A stretch of 64,000 bases of DNA, from the NCBI GenBank assembly GCA_963803435.1, contig CAWDML010000001.1:2880001-2944000 (forward strand). The letters are read 5' to 3'. A model generated the notes under the pieces. It saw only the letters and a list, made by a program, of their open reading frames with translations. It was not told the DNA's origin and ran no database searches. The stretch is from an uncultured delta proteobacterium. Lineage in GTDB: Bacteria > Myxococcota > Kuafuiibacteriia > Kuafuiibacteriales > Kuafuiibacteriaceae. Positions within the stretch are counted from its first letter, which is position 1; the number at the start of each line of letters is the position of its first letter. Position numbers and translations under genes: made by a program. This document shows positions 47,602 to 55,930 of this stretch, piece after piece.

Positions 47602-48824
47602 CAAATCCATCCGTATCGAAAACCTCGTCGAAGCCCAGCTCGTCGCTCTTCCCGGAGCTCACGCTCCTGGACTCGGCGAGCAGTGAGCCAATCCCGGCGG
47701 GCCTCGTCCCGTCGCTCGCCAAGGACAGCCGCGCGCTGGTGCTGTGGAACGAGTCCACGGCCGCGGTCCTCGGCTCCGTTCAGACGATTGAGGCCGAGCG
47801 CAGCGACTCGACGCTGCTCGCCTCGATTCCCGAGGCGCACCTGAAGGCGTGCACGCTGGTCTGCCGTACGACCGTCGAGGCTGGGCCGCACGCGGAGGAC
47901 GTCCGCGGGCTCTTGCTCTATCTGGCGCTCACCCGCTGCCGGGTCGCCGGCCGGAAGATCCTGATCGCCAGCTTCGATCGGGAGGCGCCGGAGGTGGCGA
48001 GAGGTCGTTTCGCGCCCATCCCGGGCGCACCGACCATGTTCGCGACCGAGGTCCAGTACGCGGCCTACCAGGTCTTCGACTCGCTCAGCGAGGGCGCAAA
48101 GATCTGGGCCGCCGAGAAGCTCTTGACCCAGGAGCTGGAGGAGACGGTCAAGCGCCGCTGCCACGAGTTCTTGAACAACGCCTTCTTCAAGGCGGTGTTC
48201 GACGGGACCATCTCCAAGAATCAGTACATCGACTCGGTGGCGAACAACCATCAGTTCGTGCGCTGGACGACCCGACTCCTGGGGAGGATTGTGGGCGTCA
48301 CGAGCGATCCGGTCCTTCGCCGGAGCTACATCGAGCACCTCGGCGGCGAGATCGATCACGAGCTGCTGCTCGAGAACGACCTGAGACATCTCGGCGCCGA
48401 CGTCGACTGGGTGAGGCTCGGCATGGTTCCCAATGTCAGCATCCACCAGTTCATGTGCGTTCAGGAGAGCATGAGCGCCTTCCACCAGGACCCGCTGCTG
48501 TTCCTCGCCGTCCCGTTCGCCATCGAGGGTTGCACCGCGTTCATGGGCGAGGCGTTTCTCGAGGCGCTGAAGCGGTGCATCCAGGGCTGGGGCATCGCGA
48601 AGCCGAGCACGGCGTGCACCTTCCTCGCCTCCCACATCCAGTTCGACGGCGGGGACGATGGCCACTGGGAGGGGAGCCGTAAGATGTTCCAGCGATTCCT
48701 CCGCCGGGAGCACGAGCTTCAGCGCGTCCTCAACGTCGTTCACATGGTGATGGACGCGGTCGACCGCGCCTACGAATCGTACGTCGAGACGCCCGATTTG
48801 ACCGGGGTCAGCAGCGCGCTCTGA
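47598..48824 (+). CDS. Heme-oxygenase-like diiron enzyme (TenA/PqqC/CADD superfamily) with an extra N-terminal domain
   Basis: EHLGGEIDHE; AIEG; SHIQFDGGDDGH metal-ligand pattern in a helical C-terminal domain. Confidence 0.75.
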   Translation: MTNPSVSKTSSKPSSSLFPELTLLDSASSEPIPAGLVPSLAKDSRALVLWNESTAAVLGSVQTIEAERSDSTLLASIPEAHLKACTLVCRTTVEAGPHAEDVRGLLLYLALTRCRVAGRKILIASFDREAPEVARGRFAPIPGAPTMFATEVQYAAYQVFDSLSEGAKIWAAEKLLTQELEETVKRRCHEFLNNAFFKAVFDGTISKNQYIDSVANNHQFVRWTTRLLGRIVGVTSDPVLRRSYIEHLGGEIDHELLLENDLRHLGADVDWVRLGMVPNVSIHQFMCVQESMSAFHQDPLLFLAVPFAIEGCTAFMGEAFLEALKRCIQGWGIAKPSTACTFLASHIQFDGGDDGHWEGSRKMFQRFLRREHELQRVLNVVHMVMDAVDRAYESYVETPDLTGVSSAL

Positions 48825-48889
48825 GCGGGACTGGACGTCGTCCTCGGAGTGCTCCAGCATCCCGTCCGGGGCATCGAGCTCTCAGCAGC

Positions 48890-49972
48890 ATGACGGTCAA
48901 GGTCCTGTACGTCGACGACGAGCCGAGCAACCTTCTCGTCTTCAAGGCTCAGTTCAAGAAGCACATGGAGATCTTCACCGCCGGCTCCGGCCGGCAGGCG
49001 CTGGAGATCCTCGAGCACGAAGAGATCCCGGTGGTTCTCTCCGACCAGCGGATGCCGGAGATGAGCGGCGCTGACCTGCTCGCCGAGGTCCGCCGCCGCC
49101 ATCCCGACGTCGTTCGGATGATCGTGACCGCGTACACCGACTTCGCCCAGGTCGTCCGCTCGATCAACGAGAGCCACGTGCAGCGTTACATCACCAAGCC
49201 GTGGGATCCCGGGGAGGTGCAGTCGATCCTCAGCGGGGCGTGCGAGCTCTACTGGAAGGCGAAGGAGAACCGGAGTCTGACCGAGGACGTGCTGCACCAG
49301 GAGCGCTTGGTCGCGATCGGTACGGTGACGGTGGGTTTGGTGCGGGAGCTGGAGGCGATCGGACGGCGCTTCGAGCCGCTCGAGACGCTCGAGAGCAAGG
49401 CCGCCGCTGAGGCCACGAGCGACATCGAGCTGTTCCAGGGGGGCGTGCGCGAGCTCTCGGCGGTGCTGCACGGGCTCCGGCTCTACTCCCGGCGAGCGCT
49501 GCAGGAGGGCCCGAACGAGGAGCTCGAAGATCTGAACATGGTCGTCTCGCTCAGCAGCGAGATCATCCGGCTCTTCCCAATCGCTCGCGGGACGGAAGTG
49601 CTCTCGCTGGAGCGTTGCTCGGATCGTTTGCTGGTCGAGATCGACATCGAGCGCATCAAACAGATCATCGTGAACCTCGCGCTGCACCTGCTCACGCACG
49701 CGAAGGTCGCGACTCCGTCGCTGATGCTGAAGACGAAGGTCGACGGCGACTCCGCGGTGGTCACGCTCTCGGGGGAAGGGATCGGCTTCTCGGATGCATC
49801 GGCGACGGTGCTCGAGGAGGGCCTGCTCGCCGGCGCGAAAGAGACCGAGTCGGGCTTCTGGCTCCTGCTCGCACAAAAGGTGGTCGGGGACCACGGCGGT
49901 CAGATCCGGGGCGGAAAAGGCGGGGTGCTGCTGGAGCTGCGGCTGCCGCTGTCCCGCTCAGAGCTCTCCTGA
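48890..49972 (+). CDS. Hybrid response regulator: intact receiver, degenerate histidine-kinase module
   Basis: VDDE, SDQRMP, TAY and KPW are intact. The H-box reads GLVRELE and the ATP-binding boxes are eroded. Confidence 0.85.
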   Translation: MTVKVLYVDDEPSNLLVFKAQFKKHMEIFTAGSGRQALEILEHEEIPVVLSDQRMPEMSGADLLAEVRRRHPDVVRMIVTAYTDFAQVVRSINESHVQRYITKPWDPGEVQSILSGACELYWKAKENRSLTEDVLHQERLVAIGTVTVGLVRELEAIGRRFEPLETLESKAAAEATSDIELFQGGVRELSAVLHGLRLYSRRALQEGPNEELEDLNMVVSLSSEIIRLFPIARGTEVLSLERCSDRLLVEIDIERIKQIIVNLALHLLTHAKVATPSLMLKTKVDGDSAVVTLSGEGIGFSDASATVLEEGLLAGAKETESGFWLLLAQKVVGDHGGQIRGGKGGVLLELRLPLSRSELS

Positions 49973-51037
49973 CGGATTCCGCGGCAGCTCGATCGAGAAG
50001 ACGCACCCGCCCGCCGGAAGGTTATGGAAGGCCAGCCGTCCACCGTGCCCTTCGACGATCCGCCGCGTGACGAGCAGCCCGAGACCGGTCCCCGAGGAGC
50101 CCTTGGTCGAGTAGAAGCCTTCGAGGATCCGCGGCGCGAGCTCGTCCGGAACGCCCGGCCCGGTGTCCCGGACCTCGATGCGCACCGACTCCGGCGAATC
50201 GAGGAGACGGACGTAGACCTCACCGCGCCGCGGCGGGCATGCCTCCGCCGCGTTCTTCATCAGGTTGAGGAGCGCATGGAAGAGCGCGGTCGCGTCCACG
50301 TTCGCCGGCGTCGGCGGCGACGGCTCGATCTCGAACCGATTCAGCAGGCGGACGGCCGGGAAGTGCGCCGCCAGATCGGCGGCATCCCGGATGACGTCGC
50401 TCAGATCCTGGACGGCGGGCTTCAGCTGAACCGCGTCGTGACCGCTCCCGCAGAACTTGAGCGATCCGACGAGCGCCCAGTACTTGTCGACGCCGCTGCG
50501 GAGCGTGCTGAGCTCCTCGGTGAGGTCGAGGCCCTTGCCCCAGTCCTCGCGGACGTTCTCGATCACCGCGAGCACCGCGCCGATGTTGGCGAGCTCGTGC
50601 ACCAACCCCGACGCGAGCTGGCCGATGACCACGTTGCGCTCCTCACGGATCAGCCGCTCGCGGAGCAGGCGGTTCTCGCGGCGCTTCTCGAACAGGTCGA
50701 CCCCTGTGTGGAGCGCCTGCAGCATCTCGACGGCGCTCCAAGGCTTCTTGAGATAACCGACGACCTGGCCCCGGTTGATGGCCTCGACGGCCCCTTCGAA
50801 GGTCGGGTGGGCCGTCACGATGACCGTGACGACGTCCGGTTGGCAGCGTCGGGCCTCCCCCAATAGATCGGCGCGCTCGGCGACCACCACCGCAAACTCC
50901 AGCTCGCCTAGGAGATCGATGGCCTCGGCCTGCGTTCGGACCCCGGACACCTCGAACCGGTCCCCAAAGCCTCGCTGAAACAATGCCAGGTTTCCGGCGT
51001 CGGCGTCGGCGTACAGGACCTTGGGTCGCGTCACCAC
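49958..51037 (-). CDS. Hybrid histidine kinase: degenerate receiver, intact kinase module
   Basis: Receiver has ADAD and VVAERADLL. Kinase motifs GLVHELAN, NLMKNA, DTGPG and FYSTKGSSGTGLGL are intact. GTG start inferred. Confidence 0.85.
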   Translation of the reverse strand: MVTRPKVLYADADAGNLALFQRGFGDRFEVSGVRTQAEAIDLLGELEFAVVVAERADLLGEARRCQPDVVTVIVTAHPTFEGAVEAINRGQVVGYLKKPWSAVEMLQALHTGVDLFEKRRENRLLRERLIREERNVVIGQLASGLVHELANIGAVLAVIENVREDWGKGLDLTEELSTLRSGVDKYWALVGSLKFCGSGHDAVQLKPAVQDLSDVIRDAADLAAHFPAVRLLNRFEIEPSPPTPANVDATALFHALLNLMKNAAEACPPRRGEVYVRLLDSPESVRIEVRDTGPGVPDELAPRILEGFYSTKGSSGTGLGLLVTRRIVEGHGGRLAFHNLPAGGCVFSIELPRNPSGEL

Positions 51038-51094
51038 GCTGGGCAGGAATATGACACACGCCTGCCTGCCTCGCGATGTGCTAGGCACTCTCCG

Positions 51095-54000
51095 ATGCTG
51101 CCTGGGTCGCTGCTCCTATTCGCATCGATTCTGGCGACGGCGGGCGGGTTTGAGGGCTACTATCGCGCCCCCGCGATCCACGGAGACACGGTGGTCTTCA
51201 CCGCCGAGGGCGACCTCTGGAAGGTGCCCGCCTCCGGCGGCGAGGCCGATCGGCTCACCGCGCACCCGGACTTCGAATCGTTCGCCGCGATCTCGCCGGA
51301 CGGGCGCTGGCTGGCGTTCACGGGCCGGTACGAGGGTCCGAGCGAGGTCTACATCATGCCGCTGGCCGGGGGCGTACCCAAGCGCCTGACCTATCACGGC
51401 GACCGGTCGGAGGTGGTGGGCTTCACGCCCGACGGCCGCGTCCTCTACCGGACCTCCGCCTACTCCACGCTCCCGAAGGCGCAGCTGGTCGCGATCCGTC
51501 CCGACACGGGGGCGGAGGAGCGGATCCCGCTCTATCAGGCGAGCGACGGCGTGTTCGACCCGAAGACCGGGACGCTCTACTTCGTCCGCTTCGCCAAGCA
51601 AGGCAGCAAGACCAAACGTTATCGCGGCGGCACCGCCCAGCAGATCTGGCGGTTCGATCCCGGCGCGAAGGAGGCCGTCCCGCTGACCGCCGACTTCGCG
51701 GGGACCAGCGAGGACCCGATGCTCGAGGGCGACCGGCTCTACTTCGTGTCGGATCGGGACGGCGTGATGAACCTGTGGTCGATGCGGACGGACGGAGGCG
51801 ACCTCCGCCAGCACACCCACCATCGGGACTTCGACGCCAAGTCGGCCGCCTCGAACGGGGGCCGCATCGTGTATCAACAGGGCGCCGACCTCCGCCTGTA
51901 CGACATCGCGAGCGGCCGCGATCAGAAGATCCCGATCCGGCTTGCCTCGGATCTCGACCACATGCGGGAGAAGTGGGTGAAGGCGCCCATCGAGTTCCTC
52001 ACGTCTGCGTCCCCCTCACCCGACGGAGACCGGGTGGCGCTCACCGCGCGCGGCCAGATCTTTGTGGCGCCGGTCGGACCGGGCCGGCTGGTCGACACCA
52101 CGCGCCGGCCCAACGTCCGCTTCCGCGAGGCGCAGTTCTTCCCCGACGGCAAGTCGCTCTTCGCGGTCTCGGATCAGAGCGGTGAGCTCGAGTTCTGGCG
52201 CATTCCCGCGGACGGGATTGGGAAGATCGAGCGGCTCACCGAGAACGAGCCGGCCTTTCTCTTCGGCGGCCAGGTCTCTCCGGACGGACGGCTGCTGGCG
52301 TACGTCTCGCTCGACCAGCGGTTGTGGCTGTACGACCTGAAGAGCCGGCTCCGAAAGAAGATCGGCGAGTCCGGGACGCCGGGCAACTTCTCCGATCTCG
52401 CCTGGTCGCCCGACTCGAAGTGGCTCGCGTACTCGATCACCGGCTCGAACCTGTTCGAGCGAATCGAGATTTACTCGGTGGACCGCGGGAAGAGCGTCCC
52501 GATCACGAGCGACCGCGTCGACAGCTATGGCCCGGTGTTCGAGCCCAACGGTGAGTGGCTGTACTTCCTCTCGGATCGGCGCTTCGTGTCGAAGGTCCCG
52601 TCGCCCTGGGGCCCGCGAGCGCCTGAGCCGTACCTCGATCGGGCCACCGAGGTCTATCTGGTGCCGCTGGTCTCGGGTCTCCGCTCGCCGTTCGCTCCGA
52701 AGAACGAGCTGGTGAAGAAGGAGAAGGACGGTGACCAGGACGAGAAGAAGAAGGAGGAGGAGAAGAAGAGGAAGAGGAAGAAGGAGGTCACGGTCCACAT
52801 CGACTTGGGCGGGATCGCGGACCGCATCGTGAAGGCGCCGGTCGAGGCCGGGAACTATTCGAAGCTCCGGATCGGCGAGGACCTGCTCTTCCTCCTCACC
52901 CGGAAGGACGCGTTCCGACAGGACGACCAGAAGCAGACGCTCTCCAGCTACCCGATCACGGACGACCCCAAGAAGCAGAAGCTCGCCACCGTGCTGGCCG
53001 ACGTCAAAGACTACGAGCTCACCCGCGATCGCAAGAAGCTGATGGTCGCGAAGGGCAAGGACATCCTCGTCTTCGACGCCAAGGGCGAGGCGCCCGCCAA
53101 GCCGAACGAGGCCAAGGTCGATCTCTCGCGCTGGATCTTCTCGCTCGATCCTCGGCTAGAGTGGCGCCAGATCTTCGTCGAGGCCTGGCGGCTCGAGCGC
53201 GACTACTTCTACGACACGCACATGAACGGCCTCGACTGGAAGCGCGTTCTCACCAAATACCTCCCGCTGGTCGAGCGGGTCAGCGATCGCGGCGAGCTCT
53301 CGGATCTGATCGGGGAGATGGTGGGCGAGCTCTCCGCGCTCCACATCTTCGTCTTCGGAGGCGACTTCCGGGCCGGCAACGACAAGATCATGCCGGCGTC
53401 CCTGGGTGCCCGGCTGGCCCGCGCGCCGGGCGGTGCGCTCTCCGTCGAGCACATCTACGCCAGCGATCCGGTCTATCCGGAGAAGCGGGCTCCGCTCTCA
53501 CGCCCGGGCGTCGAGGCCGAGCCGGGCGACCTGATCCTGGCGATCGACGGCGTCCCCACGGCGAGCCTGCCCGACCCGCGGGCCGCCCTCCGCAACAAGG
53601 CACACGCGCAGGTTCGCCTGCAGATCGAGTCGAAGCGCACGGGCAAGACCAAGGACGTCATCGTGGAGCCGATCTCGCCCGAGGAGGACTTCGATCTCCG
53701 CTACGGCGAGTGGGAGTACAGCCGGCGGATCGAGGTGGAGGAGAAGACGAAGGGCCGCGTCGGCTACGTGCATCTGCGGGCGATGGGCGGGCAGGACTAC
53801 CAGGCCTGGGCGCGCGACTTCTTCCCGGTCTTCGACCGCGAGGGCCTGATCATCGACGTCCGCAACAACCGGGGCGGCAACATCGACAGCTGGATCCTCT
53901 CGCGGCTGCTCCGCAAGGCCTGGTTCTACTGGCAACCCCGGACCGGCCAGCCGATCTGGAACATGCAGTATGCCTTCCGCGGCCACCTGGTCGTCCTGGT

Positions 54001-54361
54001 CGACGAGCAGACGTCGTCGGACGGGGAGGCCTTCGCGGAGGGCTTCCGGCGGCTGGGCCTGGGCAAGGTGATCGGCACCCGCACCTGGGGCGGAGAGATC
54101 TGGTTGTCGATGGACAACTGGCTGGTCGATCGCGGGATCGCTTCGGCGGCGGAGACCGGCGTGTACGCGCCCGAGGGCACCTGGTTGATCGAAGGGCACG
54201 GCGTCGATCCGGACCTCGTCGTCGACGATCTGCCCCACGCCACCTTCGAGGGCCACGACGCGCAGCTCGACGCCGCCATCGAGCACGTGATGGCGCGCAT
54301 CGCGGCGGAGCCGATCCCCGTTCCACCGCACCCGCGCTATCCCGACAAGCGGTTGAAGTGA
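51095..54361 (+). CDS. Tricorn protease (S41 family)
   Basis: Signal peptide; PD40-type propellers; PDZ; IDVRNNRGG; TSSDGE (Ser); GTRTWGG; IEGHGVDPD. Confidence 0.93.
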   Translation: MLPGSLLLFASILATAGGFEGYYRAPAIHGDTVVFTAEGDLWKVPASGGEADRLTAHPDFESFAAISPDGRWLAFTGRYEGPSEVYIMPLAGGVPKRLTYHGDRSEVVGFTPDGRVLYRTSAYSTLPKAQLVAIRPDTGAEERIPLYQASDGVFDPKTGTLYFVRFAKQGSKTKRYRGGTAQQIWRFDPGAKEAVPLTADFAGTSEDPMLEGDRLYFVSDRDGVMNLWSMRTDGGDLRQHTHHRDFDAKSAASNGGRIVYQQGADLRLYDIASGRDQKIPIRLASDLDHMREKWVKAPIEFLTSASPSPDGDRVALTARGQIFVAPVGPGRLVDTTRRPNVRFREAQFFPDGKSLFAVSDQSGELEFWRIPADGIGKIERLTENEPAFLFGGQVSPDGRLLAYVSLDQRLWLYDLKSRLRKKIGESGTPGNFSDLAWSPDSKWLAYSITGSNLFERIEIYSVDRGKSVPITSDRVDSYGPVFEPNGEWLYFLSDRRFVSKVPSPWGPRAPEPYLDRATEVYLVPLVSGLRSPFAPKNELVKKEKDGDQDEKKKEEEKKRKRKKEVTVHIDLGGIADRIVKAPVEAGNYSKLRIGEDLLFLLTRKDAFRQDDQKQTLSSYPITDDPKKQKLATVLADVKDYELTRDRKKLMVAKGKDILVFDAKGEAPAKPNEAKVDLSRWIFSLDPRLEWRQIFVEAWRLERDYFYDTHMNGLDWKRVLTKYLPLVERVSDRGELSDLIGEMVGELSALHIFVFGGDFRAGNDKIMPASLGARLARAPGGALSVEHIYASDPVYPEKRAPLSRPGVEAEPGDLILAIDGVPTASLPDPRAALRNKAHAQVRLQIESKRTGKTKDVIVEPISPEEDFDLRYGEWEYSRRIEVEEKTKGRVGYVHLRAMGGQDYQAWARDFFPVFDREGLIIDVRNNRGGNIDSWILSRLLRKAWFYWQPRTGQPIWNMQYAFRGHLVVLVDEQTSSDGEAFAEGFRRLGLGKVIGTRTWGGEIWLSMDNWLVDRGIASAAETGVYAPEGTWLIEGHGVDPDLVVDDLPHATFEGHDAQLDAAIEHVMARIAAEPIPVPPHPRYPDKRLK

Positions 54362-54427
54362 CAGGCGATCCCGAGCGAGTGGTGGCGCTCCTTTCGCCGT
54401 GCTACGCCCGGTGCTCCAGGAGGAAAA

Positions 54428-54943
54428 ATGAGGAGCAGGTGGACACTTCCGATCGTCGCCCTCGTCCTCGGTACGACCGCCACCGCGGTCGCTGCCAAGG
54501 TTGGCGACACTCTCTTCGTCAAAGCGAAGAACACCAAGGTGGTGGCGAAGGCTTCGCCGACCGCCAACGTGATCGCGGTGCTTCAACCCGGTGACGAGGT
54601 CGTCTGGAAGGGCGCGGACAAGAAGCAGAAGCGCTGGCACAAGGTCAGCGTCGGTGGGAAGAACGGGCTCGTCTTCCAGTCGAACCTGACCACTCAGAAG
54701 CCGAGCATGGAGGTGGTCGGGACCAGCGGCGAGCAGGTCGACGCCAAGGCCTTCGCCAGCTCGGGCGCAGCCACCAAGGCGCTGGGACCGGGCGCCAAGC
54801 AGTACGGTGAAAAGAAGAACCTCCAGGAGACCGTGGCGCAGATCGAGAAGCTCGAGAAGCAGTCCAAGGAGATCACCACCAAGGATCTCGCGCAGCACGA
54901 GAAGAAGAACGGCCTGTTCCCGGTCGTGGGAGGCGATCAATGA
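54428..54943 (+). CDS. Secreted SH3-like domain protein
   Basis: Signal peptide; ASPTANVIAVLQPGDEV...WHKVSVGGKNGLV; AGGAGG ribosome-binding site. Confidence 0.7.
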   Translation: MRSRWTLPIVALVLGTTATAVAAKVGDTLFVKAKNTKVVAKASPTANVIAVLQPGDEVVWKGADKKQKRWHKVSVGGKNGLVFQSNLTTQKPSMEVVGTSGEQVDAKAFASSGAATKALGPGAKQYGEKKNLQETVAQIEKLEKQSKEITTKDLAQHEKKNGLFPVVGGDQ

Positions 54944-55923
54944 TCCGTCGCGACGTCTGGGCGTTTGCCGGTGCGGCCACCTTCGTGGGCGCCGTGATCA
55001 GCTGCGGCGTGGTCTCGAAGGTCGTGCCCAGCTCGAACAACACGCAGCTCGCCAAGGACATGGTGGAGACCGCCAGCCGGTCCGCCGAGTGCGAGAAGCT
55101 GCGCAAGCTCCAGGTCTCGTACGACGAGGAGGTGGCGCTGGGCGGCGCCGTCGCGGTCAACGTGGTGGGCTCGCACGGCGGCCTGATGATCGGAGACAAA
55201 GGGACACCCGAGTACGAGCTGACGCGCTACGTGAACATGGTCGGTAAGAACCTGGCGGCCCAGTCGTCCCGCCCCACGCTCGACTGGACGTTCGGCGTCC
55301 TCGACTCCGACGAGTTCAACGCGTTCGCCGCCCCGGGCGGGTACGTGTTCGTGACCAAGGGCCTGCTCGCGCAGGTGGACACCGAGGCGCAGCTGGCCGG
55401 CGTGCTTGGACACGAGATCTCGCACGTCACCGGACGCCACGCCCTCAACGTGTACTCGAGCGTGAAGGCCAACCAGTGTCAGGTGGCGCTCGCCGCCAAG
55501 GCCGGAGGCGAGCTGGCGGCGCAGGTGTCCGGGTTCCAGGGCGCGCTCGACAGCCCGATCGGGTACATCGACCTGAACGCCGTCGGGAACCTCGACATCC
55601 TCTCGCAGCTCGTCGACAAGATGGTCGAGTCGATCACGACGCAGGGGTACGCGCACTCGGACGAGTTCATGGCAGACCAGACGTCCGCGTCGCTGGTGCT
55701 CGACGCCGGCTACGACCCCGACGAGTTCGTGGCGTTTCTCGGCAAGATCCCGCAGACCAAGGGCGGCCTCTTCTCCAGCCACCCCAAGACCGAGGAGCGG
55801 CAGAGCAAGCTGGGCGAGTGGAAGAGCGAGACCGGGAAGTCGAGCGATCCCTTCGCCGTGAATCCGGACGCCAAGGACCTCAAGACCGTGCCGATCAAGG
55901 GTCAGCTCAAGCCGATCAAGTGA
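54940..55923 (+). CDS. M48-family zinc metalloprotease, probable lipoprotein
   Basis: NAFAAPGG; GHEISH; EFMAD; SHPKTEER; ATGA overlap with the SH3 gene. Confidence 0.9.
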   Translation: MIRRDVWAFAGAATFVGAVISCGVVSKVVPSSNNTQLAKDMVETASRSAECEKLRKLQVSYDEEVALGGAVAVNVVGSHGGLMIGDKGTPEYELTRYVNMVGKNLAAQSSRPTLDWTFGVLDSDEFNAFAAPGGYVFVTKGLLAQVDTEAQLAGVLGHEISHVTGRHALNVYSSVKANQCQVALAAKAGGELAAQVSGFQGALDSPIGYIDLNAVGNLDILSQLVDKMVESITTQGYAHSDEFMADQTSASLVLDAGYDPDEFVAFLGKIPQTKGGLFSSHPKTEERQSKLGEWKSETGKSSDPFAVNPDAKDLKTVPIKGQLKPIK

Positions 55924-55930
55924 GCCACGC

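Noticed and set aside
52713-52790. Purine-rich AAG/GAG tract
   Set aside because: It encodes a Lys/Glu-rich linker within the tricorn protease.
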